Assembly (NCBI GenBank): GCA_903901225.1
Contig: CAIUQE010000001.1
Location: forward strand, 2,563-66,562
Origin: Candidatus Omnitrophota bacterium
GTDB lineage: Bacteria; Omnitrophota; Gorgyraeia; Zapsychrales; Fredricksoniimonadaceae
Direction of reading: 5' to 3'
DNA: 64,000 bases
Shown piece by piece: positions 1-10,244 of this stretch. The stretch's first letter is position 1, and the number at the start of each line of letters is the position of its first letter. The position numbers and the translations under genes were made by a program. The notes below the pieces were generated by a model that ran no database searches, was not told the DNA's origin, and was given only the letters and a program-made list of their open reading frames with translations.

Positions 1-840
1 CGGCAATGAATACCCCCAGGGATCTTTCTGGTAGACAGGCACAAAATACCGGTCCACAAGGTCGAGCAAAGGAATAACGTTATACCGCGGCAGGCCTGTG
101 ACCTTGTGCAGGTACATGACCAGCACTTCCAGCGGCAGGTTACCCGCCCCGCGCCCCATGCCAAAGATGGTGGCATCAACGATATGAACCCCCTGGTCGA
201 TCGCCGCAAGCGTATTGGCAAACCCCAGTTGAAGATTATTATGCGGATGATACCCAAGCTTCTGCCTTGTTTTTCTCAACGCTTCAACAATGCGCGGGAT
301 ATCGGAAGGAAAAAGCGAGCCATAGCTGTCCGCAAAATAAAGATAATCCAGCGCCGCCGCCTTAAGGACCCCATTCAATTCCTTGAAATCTTTATCGGCA
401 TAATCGTTGATCCCCATCAACTGCAGTGTGACCTGGTAGCCTTTACGCTTTAACCGGGCAATATCACGGATGCCGCTTTTCACATCTTTCTTATGCACCG
501 CCAGGCGGTACATGCGCACAAGGCTGTCCCGGGCCGAAGGAATATCCGCGACGTCGAACTTCCCCCCATCCAGCATCAACGCAACCGGGACCCCGGGGAT
601 ATCGGCCACAACCTTCCGCAAAGTTGCCTCGGAAACACATATCCAGGGATTTTGGCTGCCGGCCATCAAGGTGTTGCGAAAGCCGAGCTCAATAAAATCA
701 GCACCGGACTTTGAAACGTTGCGGTACACTTCCCGCACCATGGGCACATCAAAAGCCCAATCATTCACATACCCGCCGTCACGGATCGTGCAATCCAGTA
801 CCTGAACCCTGGATAATTTTGTACCCCTGGTCTTATGCAT
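1..840 (-). CDS. HMGL-like (DRE-TIM metallolyase / pyruvate carboxyltransferase-domain) aldolase. The 5' part is in the window and the 3' end runs off the left edge, which is why it is absent from the ORF track.
   Basis: Reverse-strand translation from the ATG at 840 reads MHKTRGTKLSRVQVLDCTIRDGGYVNDWAFD... and continues through ...HNNLQLGFANTLAAIDQGVHIVDATIFGMGRGAGNLPLE.... The D-x-T-[LI]-RDG motif and the HxH...GxGxRAGN signature of the HMGL-like TIM-barrel family are both present. The start overlaps the stop of the next gene by a few bases (the ATGCATAAG context). Confidence 0.55.
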   Translation of the reverse strand, partial: MHKTRGTKLSRVQVLDCTIRDGGYVNDWAFDVPMVREVYRNVSKSGADFIELGFRNTLMAGSQNPWICVSEATLRKVVADIPGVPVALMLDGGKFDVADIPSARDSLVRMYRLAVHKKDVKSGIRDIARLKRKGYQVTLQLMGINDYADKDFKELNGVLKAAALDYLYFADSYGSLFPSDIPRIVEALRKTRQKLGYHPHNNLQLGFANTLAAIDQGVHIVDATIFGMGRGAGNLPLEVLVMYLHKVTGLPRYNVIPLLDLVDRYFVPVYQKDPWGYSLP

Positions 841-1516
841 GGGCTGGGACCATCCTTTGATAAACAGCCAGAGAACTGATAACACCCAGTGAGCGAGGGT
901 CCTCGTAAGCGGGCCTCAAATATTTTGCCAGCACGAATCCATGGCGGCGGAATTCACATTCCCAGAAGCGCGAGTACGCGTGATCCTGATTGTCTTCATT
1001 CAGCATGATCACATACCCTTCAGACAAGGCACACATATGCTTAACAATATCAAATGAAGGATGGACCAGGGATATACTGGCGCCTCCGGAGTAAACCAAA
1101 CTGAACTTCTTGCCTTCCTTGAGAAGTTTTGGCAAAACATCCTCATAGCTTCCCGTTACAAACTCGATCCCGGCAAGGTCGAACTTCTTCTTGCCATATT
1201 CAATGGCATTGGCACAGATATCAACACCCGTCAATTTTTTATATCCCTTGCCTTTCAATAATGAAAGGTCGCGTCCGCAATTGCAGCCAAGATCAAGTAT
1301 GCCCTTATCAAAAGAAACCCTCGCAAGGATCTCCAGCACGAAAACATCGTCACGGATCCCTTTGTCATGATCATACTGGTCATACCCGTGCTGTGTGCCG
1401 CGATCCTGGCGCTTCCAGTGCTTGCGCTGGGTGAACCTGAAAGGGGAAAGTTTAAAGAACCATTTTGGGCAAAATGTCAAAAAACAACGCCGGATATAAT
1501 TAAGGTCTAGGCTCAT
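833..1516 (-). CDS. Class I SAM-dependent methyltransferase
   Basis: Glycine-rich SAM-binding motif ILDLGCNCGRD followed by an acidic residue after the beta-2 strand (GVDI). About 227 aa, typical MTase size. Translationally coupled to both flanking genes. Confidence 0.7.
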   Translation of the reverse strand: MSLDLNYIRRCFLTFCPKWFFKLSPFRFTQRKHWKRQDRGTQHGYDQYDHDKGIRDDVFVLEILARVSFDKGILDLGCNCGRDLSLLKGKGYKKLTGVDICANAIEYGKKKFDLAGIEFVTGSYEDVLPKLLKEGKKFSLVYSGGASISLVHPSFDIVKHMCALSEGYVIMLNEDNQDHAYSRFWECEFRRHGFVLAKYLRPAYEDPRSLGVISSLAVYQRMVPAHA

Positions 1517-3339
1517 GTCCTGTCATCTCCATCCGAAACATCGCCAGCATGTTTCATTGTGTTGTACAAACGCCAGTAAGCGCCCTGCCTTTGCATGAGC
1601 TCGGCGTGCGTCCCCGCCTCCTGGATCACCCCCTGATCAAGGACAATGATCCTGTCCGCCCCCATGATCGTCGAAAGCCGGTGAGCGATCATGATCACCG
1701 TATGCCCTCTTGAGATCCTGTTGATGGCTTCCTGTACCAGTTTTTGTGAAATATTATCCAGCGAACTTGTGGCCTCATCAAGGATCAAGACCTCAGGTTT
1801 GCGCAGCAAGGCCCGGGCAATGGCAATACGCTGACGCTGGCCCACAGAAAGCCGTACCCCCCGGTCACCCACCACGGTATCATAACCCTCGGGAAGTTCC
1901 GCAATGAAATCATGCGCATTCGCCATCCTGGCCACATCCATGATCGCTTCACGGGCCGCGCCTTCAACGCCAAAAGAAATATTGTCAGCGATCGAGCCAT
2001 GGAAAATGAACGTGTCCTGGCTCACGACCCCTACCCTGGAAAGCCAGGTATCGATCTTGATATCATTCAAAGGTATCCCATCAATGAAGATCCCGCCCTC
2101 GGGGACCTGATATAAACGCAGCATCAAGTCCGCGATCGTTGATTTGCCGGAACCCGAGGCCCCGACAATGGCCACAGCCTTGCCCTTTTCAACGTCAAAT
2201 GACAGGTCGTTGAATAACCGGTCTCTGCCAGGATAGGCAAAGGCAACGTACCGGAACGATATTCCCTTATCAAATCCCTTAAGTTCAATATGCCCATCCT
2301 TAACAATCTGTGGTTCATTCAAAATACCGTAAAGGATCTCAAGTACGGGAAGAAGACCGGAAAAGGATATCCTTTGTGAACCAAGCAGGTTGAAGGACGG
2401 GATGATCTTTTGTATGGCATAACCAAAGATCGCAACAACAGGAAGAATAGTGACAAAACTTTCCGCGTGATAGACCTTAAGAATAACGAGGACGACCGCC
2501 ATGACAGCAACAACAAAGAACTCCATGACGCATGGCGGCGCCAGAAGCCATATACTGTCCCGGATCTCCAACCTGGAATATTTAAGGACAGCGCACCAGA
2601 ACTTTTTTACCCAGGATCCCGCGGCCGAAAAAAGCATGATCTGTTTGATCCCCGAAAAAGCTTCTGCGGACAACTCATTCTGACGCTGCAGCTCATCAAC
2701 CTTGTCCCTGCCAATATGGTAAGAAACCTTTGTCGCAACGACCTTTGTAATAAAGTAATAAACGACCGCCAGAACAATAATGAACCCCGTGACCATGGGG
2801 GAAATAAAGAACAGCATCACAATGACCGAAAGGATCTTAAGCCCGTTCACCAGGATCCTGGGGATATAGTCCAATACCGTCGACGCCTCAAGGGGAACCG
2901 TCATCACCCTGTGCATCAACCAGCCATGCTTGTGGGCGACAAAAAAAGAATAATCAGCGCCCAGGAATTTCTTGAAAACCCTGTCATGAAAATCCCGTTT
3001 GGTCCTCGAAGAAAGATAAAAACCCGTGAATTGATGCAGAAATGAAAAGACTGCCTTAACGAAATTGCTCATGATAAGCAGAACGCATGTCAAAACGAAT
3101 ATATCCTTGACCGGGAATATCCTGGCGACAAATGCCAGCGCTTTATAAACTTTATCCGGCGTGCCCGACTTGGCAATCGCTTGTGATGTTTGATTAAAAA
3201 GCGTATACAACAGGGCAATGCTGGCGCTTTCCATGACGGCAAAGATCAGCATGGCCAGGAATGTGATGGCGACGTAACTTTTGTACGGCTTCCAAAAAAA
3301 CAGGATCATCTCGAGATTGGATGCTTTTGCCCCTTTCAT
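1513..3339 (-). CDS. ABC transporter with fused permease and ATPase (MsbA/type I exporter-like)
   Basis: N-terminal domain of six hydrophobic segments. C-terminal Walker A GASGSGKST, ABC signature LSVGQRQRIAIARAL, Walker B ILILDEATSSLD and an H-loop. 4-bp ATGA overlap with the upstream gene. Confidence 0.85.
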   Translation of the reverse strand: MKGAKASNLEMILFFWKPYKSYVAITFLAMLIFAVMESASIALLYTLFNQTSQAIAKSGTPDKVYKALAFVARIFPVKDIFVLTCVLLIMSNFVKAVFSFLHQFTGFYLSSRTKRDFHDRVFKKFLGADYSFFVAHKHGWLMHRVMTVPLEASTVLDYIPRILVNGLKILSVIVMLFFISPMVTGFIIVLAVVYYFITKVVATKVSYHIGRDKVDELQRQNELSAEAFSGIKQIMLFSAAGSWVKKFWCAVLKYSRLEIRDSIWLLAPPCVMEFFVVAVMAVVLVILKVYHAESFVTILPVVAIFGYAIQKIIPSFNLLGSQRISFSGLLPVLEILYGILNEPQIVKDGHIELKGFDKGISFRYVAFAYPGRDRLFNDLSFDVEKGKAVAIVGASGSGKSTIADLMLRLYQVPEGGIFIDGIPLNDIKIDTWLSRVGVVSQDTFIFHGSIADNISFGVEGAAREAIMDVARMANAHDFIAELPEGYDTVVGDRGVRLSVGQRQRIAIARALLRKPEVLILDEATSSLDNISQKLVQEAINRISRGHTVIMIAHRLSTIMGADRIIVLDQGVIQEAGTHAELMQRQGAYWRLYNTMKHAGDVSDGDDRT

Positions 3340-4955
3340 TCTGCCTTTCCGCCAGCGATATAAGTTGAAGACTTGCGCACCGCCGCATACATCCTAAAAA
3401 TATGGGTCTCGAACGGGAATCGATAAAATGAGTGTTTCACGCGCCATTTTGCGAGCCAATGGCCTATTCTGATAAAAAAACGCAATTTCGAACTTTTCAA
3501 TCTTTCGTCAACACGCGTCAATGTGCCGCGACACATATTTCCAGGCACAGCCAAGGGAATGTAAAAAAAGAATGCGTCCTTGATTAATTTATCGAGTGAC
3601 TTTCTTCTCCAGGGGTAATTTTGATAACCGCTTCCATCGTATGCCGTATCAAAAACACCCCACTCTTTCAAACTATCAGGGACCTTCAGCCCTCGCTCAA
3701 GCGCATCGCGATACATCGAAGTCCCCGGGAAGGGAATATAAAATGAAACAGGCAAGGAAAAATTAGGGTTAATCCTCTTAAGATCTACGGCCAATTTAAT
3801 ACTTTCATGCACCTGCTTTATATCTTCTAATCGCGGCAACCCAAAAAGAAAATTGAAAGAAGCTTCTATATCATAATTCTTGAGTATACGGGCCGACTCC
3901 AGCGTTTCTTCCACCCGGATCTTCTTATTAATGTAATCCAACACCTCTTGTGACCCGCTCTCTGAGCCGATATTGACCCGAAAACAGCCGCTATCGCGGA
4001 CCAATTTGAAAAGCCCCCTTTTTTCATACCGCAGAATATCATCCACATGCATTTGAGCATCCCATGCGAAACGAATGCCCTTCTCAAGTATCAACAGACA
4101 AAACCGCTCAACACGATTCACATTAACAAAAAAGTTCGCATCCATAAAACCAATGGAATTAAATCCCTTTTCTTCCACCAGAAATTTTATTTGGTCAACG
4201 ACTTTCTCGATAGGATATCCATAAGATCTCCGTTTAAAAAGAATATCGTTACAACAATAAGCACAAGAGTGCGGGCACCCAAAACTGGTTACATAATAAA
4301 GATATCCGGTTATGTTTAAGCCATCAATCACAGGCTTAGGGCGAAGGCGCAAAGAGGCGAGCCTGTAATATTCCAAATCCAGCAATTCGAACGCAGGCAA
4401 GGACGCCACATCCATTTTACCGTTTTGTTCATCTTTGGTTTTTACGATTTTCCCGTCACATTTGAAATAAACACCAGGTAAAGATGAAAAGTCACGTTCT
4501 TGCCGGCTGATCGCTTCCACAAGATTCAAAAAAGTATTCTGTCCGATGCCTTTGAGGATAATATCAACATTCGGATCTTTAATGGACTCCTCAGGAAGGA
4601 TCGAAACATGCCACCCACCCCAGACAATCGGGATTTCGGGGCATACCTCCTTGATCTTCCGGGAGAAGGCTATGCCTGCGGTTATTTCATTGCTTGTCAA
4701 TGCTGACACACCCACACACAACACCTGATCCAGCAAAGGCTGGATCATTTGATAGATATCCTCAATGGAATGACGTTGATCAATAATTTTTACCGTATAA
4801 CCGGCATCTCTGAGCGGTGCGGCAACCGATATCAACGACAATGGTATTAATGAAACTCGACTTTGAGATAGGGAAACGTCTTCCTTATAGGGCCACCCCT
4901 TGAACAAGATCACAATATTTCGCTTCTGCTTATCCATATAACTCCCTTTGCTCAA
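3336..4955 (-). CDS. Cobalamin(B12)-binding radical SAM enzyme (class B radical SAM, methyltransferase-like)
   Basis: N-terminal Rossmann-like B12-binding region (IIDQ..., IPIVWGGWH) followed by a radical SAM core with the CxxxCxxC cluster motif GCPHSCAYC. Confidence 0.8.
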   Translation of the reverse strand: MSKGSYMDKQKRNIVILFKGWPYKEDVSLSQSRVSLIPLSLISVAAPLRDAGYTVKIIDQRHSIEDIYQMIQPLLDQVLCVGVSALTSNEITAGIAFSRKIKEVCPEIPIVWGGWHVSILPEESIKDPNVDIILKGIGQNTFLNLVEAISRQERDFSSLPGVYFKCDGKIVKTKDEQNGKMDVASLPAFELLDLEYYRLASLRLRPKPVIDGLNITGYLYYVTSFGCPHSCAYCCNDILFKRRSYGYPIEKVVDQIKFLVEEKGFNSIGFMDANFFVNVNRVERFCLLILEKGIRFAWDAQMHVDDILRYEKRGLFKLVRDSGCFRVNIGSESGSQEVLDYINKKIRVEETLESARILKNYDIEASFNFLFGLPRLEDIKQVHESIKLAVDLKRINPNFSLPVSFYIPFPGTSMYRDALERGLKVPDSLKEWGVFDTAYDGSGYQNYPWRRKSLDKLIKDAFFFYIPLAVPGNMCRGTLTRVDERLKSSKLRFFIRIGHWLAKWRVKHSFYRFPFETHIFRMYAAVRKSSTYIAGGKAE

Positions 4956-5623
4956 ACCTTCTCAAGCCATTGCTCAAATCCAAAAAAAGACTCTACGCAC
5001 ATATCCGCGTCATATGCGTCATTGGCTACCACTTGCGCAAATGGACCACGCCTGATCCTGACCGTTCGCATCCCCAGCTTCTTAGCTGAAACAAAATCTT
5101 TGTGCGGATTGTCACCAACATAGACCATGTCTTTATAATCACATTTTAAATCTGCCGCCATCAATCTATACGAAACAGGATTTGGCTTATAACACGCCAC
5201 CCCCAACTCATGCGTATAAATGATCTTTGAGAAATACGGCTCAATTCCCAACGCCGTCACTTTGCTTTTCTGAACAACATCAAGCCCGTCAGTAATCATT
5301 CCAAGAGAGGACTTCATCTTCCCAAGACGATCCAATATGTATTTCGCATCCTCGAAAAGACAAATTTTCGGGGCATGCGCCCTGTACATGTCCACGAGAG
5401 ATGCGACTTCGCATAAACCTCCCAATTGAAAGCATTCAAGAAGACGTCCAAAAGTATTATCCCTGCCATAAACTGAGTATATTTTTAACAGGCACCTATA
5501 CACACTAGCAACCGGCTTTTGATAATGCCGCGCCACATAACACGCCACCTTCTTAAATCCACCCATTAAGAAGTCGCGCTCACGGTAAAGCGTATCATCA
5601 AGGTCAAAAATGACAGCCCGCAT
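4952..5623 (-). CDS. HAD-superfamily hydrolase/phosphatase
   Basis: N-terminal DxDxT motif (MRAVIFDLDDTLY) and C-terminal GDNPHKD motif typical of haloacid-dehalogenase-like hydrolases. Confidence 0.7.
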   Translation of the reverse strand: MRAVIFDLDDTLYRERDFLMGGFKKVACYVARHYQKPVASVYRCLLKIYSVYGRDNTFGRLLECFQLGGLCEVASLVDMYRAHAPKICLFEDAKYILDRLGKMKSSLGMITDGLDVVQKSKVTALGIEPYFSKIIYTHELGVACYKPNPVSYRLMAADLKCDYKDMVYVGDNPHKDFVSAKKLGMRTVRIRRGPFAQVVANDAYDADMCVESFFGFEQWLEKV

Positions 5624-6599
5624 TCCTTGCGTCCTCTCTCAAAACCTGATCATCGGTTATAAAAATGTCGTCCGTATATCTCAACATGATCAGGCCCGGC
5701 CCATAGGAAAATCCAGCCAAATCCAACGGCTCTCCCTTGGCCATACGGATCATCCAGCAGGGGGTATCTAGCCCTGCCTTAATACCCAAGTTAGCCCCAC
5801 CGCCGATCCGTGGATTCATTTCAATAACATAAACTTTCCCGTCGACATGCCTCATACATTGGACCGTTAAATGTCCCGTCCCCCCAATATCTCTCACTAA
5901 ACATTCTGCAATAGAATTGATCTCCGGATCCTGAACTGTGCGCGTCTTATAAGATTCTCCCGCCACAACCTCGATCCTTTGGCGCACCACAGAACAGCAC
6001 TGGCCTGCATTGCCACAAAAGACATCCACCGTATACTCAATGCCCTGCAGGGCCTTTTGAATAACACAGGCACCGCCGCACCACGCTAAATACCCCGCCG
6101 CCTGATCACAAGAATCCACTCTGGCTGTTCGTATGCTGCCGCTGCCGCAACGAGGTTTTATAAACCATGGCAAAGGGACCTGGGATCTGTCGCCTGGCAA
6201 CCATGTTTCAGGCACCAGATATCCCTTATCTCGGCAGAATTTATAAAACTGGTACTTGTCCTGGCAGATTTCTACCGTTCGAAGCGGACTGACCATCACC
6301 ATAATTCCCGCTTGAGCAAGCGCTTCCCTGCCATCGGCAAACATTGCTAATTCACCATCACGCGTCGGGATGATCAAGCTGATATTTTCTTCCGAACACA
6401 ACTTCTTTAGGTGTTCCACCTGTTCTTGCCCTGGCGGGTATGGCCACAGACGTCCATGCGGCGCATAATATAAAGTTGCCGATAACGGGTCTTTATCTAA
6501 TACAAAAACGTGCCCACGGTCATCCAATCGTTTTAGTGCCGATTCAAAGGCCTTAACCAGCCATATTTTCCTTGAAGCACTGGTCAGCAATATGTTCAT
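5604..6599 (-). CDS. ATP-grasp domain enzyme (carboxylate-amine ligase-like)
   Basis: About 330 aa. Contains E-x-N-P-R-I-G-G-G (EMNPRIGGG), the characteristic Mg/ATP-binding loop of ATP-grasp enzymes, preceded by a pre-ATP-grasp-like N-terminal region. Confidence 0.6.
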   Translation of the reverse strand: MNILLTSASRKIWLVKAFESALKRLDDRGHVFVLDKDPLSATLYYAPHGRLWPYPPGQEQVEHLKKLCSEENISLIIPTRDGELAMFADGREALAQAGIMVMVSPLRTVEICQDKYQFYKFCRDKGYLVPETWLPGDRSQVPLPWFIKPRCGSGSIRTARVDSCDQAAGYLAWCGGACVIQKALQGIEYTVDVFCGNAGQCCSVVRQRIEVVAGESYKTRTVQDPEINSIAECLVRDIGGTGHLTVQCMRHVDGKVYVIEMNPRIGGGANLGIKAGLDTPCWMIRMAKGEPLDLAGFSYGPGLIMLRYTDDIFITDDQVLREDARNAGCHF

Positions 6600-7528
6600 T
6601 ATGCCTTCCTGGCACGCGCAAAGATCATCACATTACGGCCAATGCCCATCTTCGCAAATGCTTGGTATAATCCACGCCGGTATGCCGGATCAAGCGAAGA
6701 TTCAAAAGCTATCCTTTTACGATGACATTCATTCCCTATATCAGGATTCCCAACATAGCTGTCGCCAAACAACAAGAAAAACTCCATCGGAAAATCTGTT
6801 GTGACATACACAGGGTCAAACCCTCGCACAGATAAATAATTCTGAAGTGTTTCCACACTAAAATAATTAAGATGATCCGGGACAGCCACCCACCACGGAT
6901 CTGCCTTCAGAGCCTTTTGTGCGTAATACTGCAAAGCATTAAAATCATTGGGGACCCTAATACATAACAACCCCTTCCCTGGCTTTAAAAATTCGGCTGC
7001 CTGAGAGATCACTTTATCCGGATCCTGAACATGCTCCAAAACACTCATGATGGTCACAACATCAAAAGACTTCTTCCATTTCTTGCAATCCCTTACCGCT
7101 TCAGCCAATGTCCCAGAAAAGATTTCGCCTCTCCGGGATCGAGGAAAATCCTTCTTCTTTTCGTACGGCTCAATCCCTGCGACATCAACCCCCTGGCGCG
7201 ACATATACCGGATCATTTCCCCTGTCCCGCAACCTATATCCAGGAGGCGAACCGTAGTCCTCTTAAAATTTTCCTGGATTACCGCCATAATATCTTTATA
7301 TAGATTTGCTTGAAGCCACTTTTTCTCCCGAATGGAATCTTTGTCCTTTTTCATTTGACGCCTTAATTCAGGTGCGCGCCCGCCTTTTTTTATCAACTCA
7401 TAGTAATCTTTCTTATAAAAAGTATCGAGCTCATCCAAGGTCGGTAACGGAGACAATTGGTAATGCCCACTGCTATTCCTTGTCACAGAATGCTTCTTCC
7501 CCTTAAAAACAGTCTTCTTATCAAACAT
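6599..7528 (-). CDS. Class I SAM-dependent methyltransferase
   Basis: SAM-binding motif LLDIGCGTGEMIRYM and a downstream acidic loop. Confidence 0.65.
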   Translation of the reverse strand: MFDKKTVFKGKKHSVTRNSSGHYQLSPLPTLDELDTFYKKDYYELIKKGGRAPELRRQMKKDKDSIREKKWLQANLYKDIMAVIQENFKRTTVRLLDIGCGTGEMIRYMSRQGVDVAGIEPYEKKKDFPRSRRGEIFSGTLAEAVRDCKKWKKSFDVVTIMSVLEHVQDPDKVISQAAEFLKPGKGLLCIRVPNDFNALQYYAQKALKADPWWVAVPDHLNYFSVETLQNYLSVRGFDPVYVTTDFPMEFFLLFGDSYVGNPDIGNECHRKRIAFESSLDPAYRRGLYQAFAKMGIGRNVMIFARARKA

Positions 7529-7549
7529 TTCGGCTCCTTAAGATTTCAA

Positions 7550-8605
7550 TTATTTTGAAAAGAAATGCTCCCATGTGAACCATTCATCGGCATTGATCGG
7601 CTGTGACAATCTATGCCCGCAAATCAACTCAAAATATTTTGGATGCAACCCCATTCCGGGGCGCTTTACAACAACGGCCTCCATGGTCACAACTTCACCT
7701 GCTCTTAAAGCATGTGCCGCAACCAAGCTGCGCCTTCCTATCTTATGATTCTCTAATTCCCCCGCCTGGATCTCTTTCCAACCATCCCCCAGCATGCTTT
7801 CGGTCAGGCGGACCGCCTTGACAAGACTTGCCAATTGCTGCGGGTCCATCGCAAATGGATGGTCCGGGCCAGCTGTTTTCCTGTCTAACGTAATGTGCTT
7901 CTCAATAACACACGCGCCCAAGGTACGCGCAATGACCGCGGCCATATTGTCCTCCGTATGATCAGACAAACCAACCGAACAATGAAATGCCTCTTTCAAC
8001 GTCAACAAACATCGAAGGTTCATCTCATCCTGACGCGCAGGGTAAGCGCTAACACAATGCAATAAAATAATATTTGAACAACCCGCCGATCTCAGCGTAT
8101 CCATAGCCAATTCAATATCTGCCAGGCCGGAATTCCCTGTCGCCAAAATAACCGGCTTCCCAGTCGTGGCTATTTTATTAAGCAATGGATAATGCGTCAG
8201 CTCAAAAGATGCCACCTTATAGAATGGCACCTCGACATCCTCTAAAACATCGACAAAAGACTCATCAAATGGCGTGGAACAAAATATAATACCCCGCTGG
8301 TCACAATGTTTCTTTAGCGGCGCATGCCATTCAACAGGCATTTGAATGCGCTTGATCAATGTATATGGCGTATCCTCCTCAAGGCTGCGGCCATTCATCT
8401 CCGAGCTGCGTGGCGTATAACGGGAATACAACCCATCCGCGGTATAAGACTGAAACTTAACAGCATCGCAGCCCGCTTGTTTAGCCACGTCAATTAAAGC
8501 GAGAGCGGCATCAAAGTCATTGTTGTGATTAGACCCGATTTCACCAATAATGAAACAAGGATGGCCATCGCCGACCATCCGACCGCCCAGCGATACCTCA
8601 CTCAT
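7550..8605 (-). CDS. N-acetylneuraminate/nonulosonate synthase family (NeuB/PseI/LegI-like) with C-terminal SAF domain
   Basis: N-terminus CFIIGEIGSNHNNDFDAALALIDVAKQAGCDAVKFQSY is the canonical NeuB TIM-barrel start. The C-terminal about 60 aa (RSLVAAHALRAGEVVT...) resemble the antifreeze-like SAF domain. Confidence 0.85.
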   Translation of the reverse strand: MSEVSLGGRMVGDGHPCFIIGEIGSNHNNDFDAALALIDVAKQAGCDAVKFQSYTADGLYSRYTPRSSEMNGRSLEEDTPYTLIKRIQMPVEWHAPLKKHCDQRGIIFCSTPFDESFVDVLEDVEVPFYKVASFELTHYPLLNKIATTGKPVILATGNSGLADIELAMDTLRSAGCSNIILLHCVSAYPARQDEMNLRCLLTLKEAFHCSVGLSDHTEDNMAAVIARTLGACVIEKHITLDRKTAGPDHPFAMDPQQLASLVKAVRLTESMLGDGWKEIQAGELENHKIGRRSLVAAHALRAGEVVTMEAVVVKRPGMGLHPKYFELICGHRLSQPINADEWFTWEHFFSK

Positions 8606-9374
8606 AACGACAGCCTTTCTTTATCAAATTTATCAATACCGCTCTGTTTCTAAGAAAATCCCCTATGCCATTCTCAATGTTAAGCGGCGTCTCTAATGTT
8701 ACCGCGGCACCATCTTCCAGCAAAGAAACCATCTTTAATAATGGCATCTGCCCCTGACCCAAATCCATATGGGCATCTGTCTCCGAGCCCGGATCGCCAT
8801 CGGCGAGATGATAACCAATAGGGTTTAATCCAAAAAATGTCCCGAGAAACTCAAGGGGCTCCGCCTGCAACGATCTCGCTGCATGGACCGCGTGATTAAG
8901 GTCTAAAATAAACTTATTCAAATTGCAACACCTCATGATCTGCCGAATTTGCGCGACCGAATAACCAATGCACTCTTTGCCATTGATGCCACGCAATGGC
9001 TTATTCTCAAGCGCAACCCTTGGTTCATTTAACCCGCGCAATTGATCTATGGCCTCCTCGAGACAGCCTCCATTACCCCCATGGACAACAATATGCGAAG
9101 ATTTTAAACGGTCCGCGAACATTTGAGATTCATAAAAAAAATTACGATTCTCGCTCCTTAGCAAGGGATCAGCCAAATTAAAACCATGCCCGAAATGTGG
9201 CGCATGCAATACAACTGGGCCTCCCAATCCATGCCAATAAGCGCCACAGCCCGGCACTGTTCCTGGCACAACGTAAAGCTCAAGAAAATCTATTTCGCCA
9301 CGGCTAAAAGCCTGGCGCACATGTTCTGCCAAAGCTATATTCGTAGACCACAATTTCAAGCCGACCTTCAACAT
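8598..9374 (-). CDS. Xylose-isomerase-like TIM-barrel protein (sugar phosphate isomerase/epimerase family), tentative
   Basis: Contains VALENKP and YHLADG segments resembling the conserved E-N and H-L-x-D metal-binding motifs of the xylose isomerase-like fold. Sits between NeuB and a cytidylyltransferase, as in Bacillus sps-type loci. Confidence 0.4.
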   Translation of the reverse strand: MLKVGLKLWSTNIALAEHVRQAFSRGEIDFLELYVVPGTVPGCGAYWHGLGGPVVLHAPHFGHGFNLADPLLRSENRNFFYESQMFADRLKSSHIVVHGGNGGCLEEAIDQLRGLNEPRVALENKPLRGINGKECIGYSVAQIRQIMRCCNLNKFILDLNHAVHAARSLQAEPLEFLGTFFGLNPIGYHLADGDPGSETDAHMDLGQGQMPLLKMVSLLEDGAAVTLETPLNIENGIGDFLRNRAVLINLIKKGCRYE

Positions 9375-9377
9375 CTT

Positions 9378-10244
9378 TCAGAGCCCCTTGCCTGGGAACA
9401 TCATCTTCATATCTGCCAAGAACGCTTCCAGTGAGACCTTCTCTTTATTCTTATCAAGAATAAAATACTCGCCGCCTGATTGCACAATGGCATATTTCGG
9501 AGCATTCAATAACCCCGCACCGTACTTAACGTTTCCCTTTACCTTGACATCCCGATTTATAAGCGCAACTTCCGGATTATCATCTAAAAGCCTGTAAACG
9601 TCCGGCAAGGCCAGCGGCTCACCTTTATATAATTCTTTGTAAATAAATCTAATCACCTCAAGATCCTCGGCATAATCCAATGTGAGTCGATACTCTGTGC
9701 GGCAAAGCTCGGCGGGGATATCAATTCCCAGGATTTTATAATCACGCGCATTTTCCTTGATTGGCTGAGATATTGCAGGGCCACGATAAATCATGTGCGC
9801 CTTATTCATAGCCTGAAGGCTGATTAGCTCCCCCACCGTACCCTGCGCTATCGTCATATTAGCGACATACATGAAATCATAATATTCTCTTTGAAATATA
9901 CTGACGTACTCTGACAACGCGCCAATATCAAACAAAGGCATGTCACACGTGATACGCAATGCAGCGTCCGCCCCCTCCTTCTCAAGGATAGCCATGTGAC
10001 GCTCCAGAATATCTTCCTCGGCACCCATGTAATATTTCACACCCAGCCGCGCACACTCTTCAACCAAAGGTTTATTATTATGATTGGCCGATGTCGCCAG
10101 ATAAATCCCCGCGATCCCATCGACCTTTCTCATGCGTTCCACATGAAGGGCGAAAACGCTCTTGCCGCACACATCCAGCATCACTTTCCCCGGCAGCCTG
10201 TTCGACCCCATCCTGGCTGTAATCACACCAATAACCTTCCTCAT
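9378..10244 (-). CDS. CMP-sugar cytidylyltransferase (SpsF / PseF-like, acylneuraminate cytidylyltransferase family)
   Basis: N-terminal ITARMGSNRLPGK cytidylyltransferase P-loop, about 290 aa with the C-terminal extension typical of SpsF-like enzymes. Immediately downstream (in transcription order) of NeuB. Confidence 0.7.
   Translation of the reverse strand: MRKVIGVITARMGSNRLPGKVMLDVCGKSVFALHVERMRKVDGIAGIYLATSANHNNKPLVEECARLGVKYYMGAEEDILERHMAILEKEGADAALRITCDMPLFDIGALSEYVSIFQREYYDFMYVANMTIAQGTVGELISLQAMNKAHMIYRGPAISQPIKENARDYKILGIDIPAELCRTEYRLTLDYAEDLEVIRFIYKELYKGEPLALPDVYRLLDDNPEVALINRDVKVKGNVKYGAGLLNAPKYAIVQSGGEYFILDKNKEKVSLEAFLADMKMMFPGKGL

Noticed and set aside
106-805. Plus-strand ORFs 106-453, 470-805 and 493-714
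   Set aside because: They lie antisense to the minus-strand HMGL-like aldolase reading frame (1-840), which carries clear family motifs. They have no motifs of their own and are taken as shadow ORFs.
2410-3045. Plus-strand 211-aa ORF inside the ABC exporter gene. Similar plus-strand ORFs occur at 20484-21176, 23322-23864, 34018-34503, 35826-36308, 44003-44767, 47730-49232, 48748-49335, 52630-53106 and 58493-59215.
   Set aside because: Every one is fully antisense to a minus-strand ORF with strong, family-diagnostic motifs. Their translations are low-complexity and Arg/Pro/His-rich, typical of GC-rich antisense frames.
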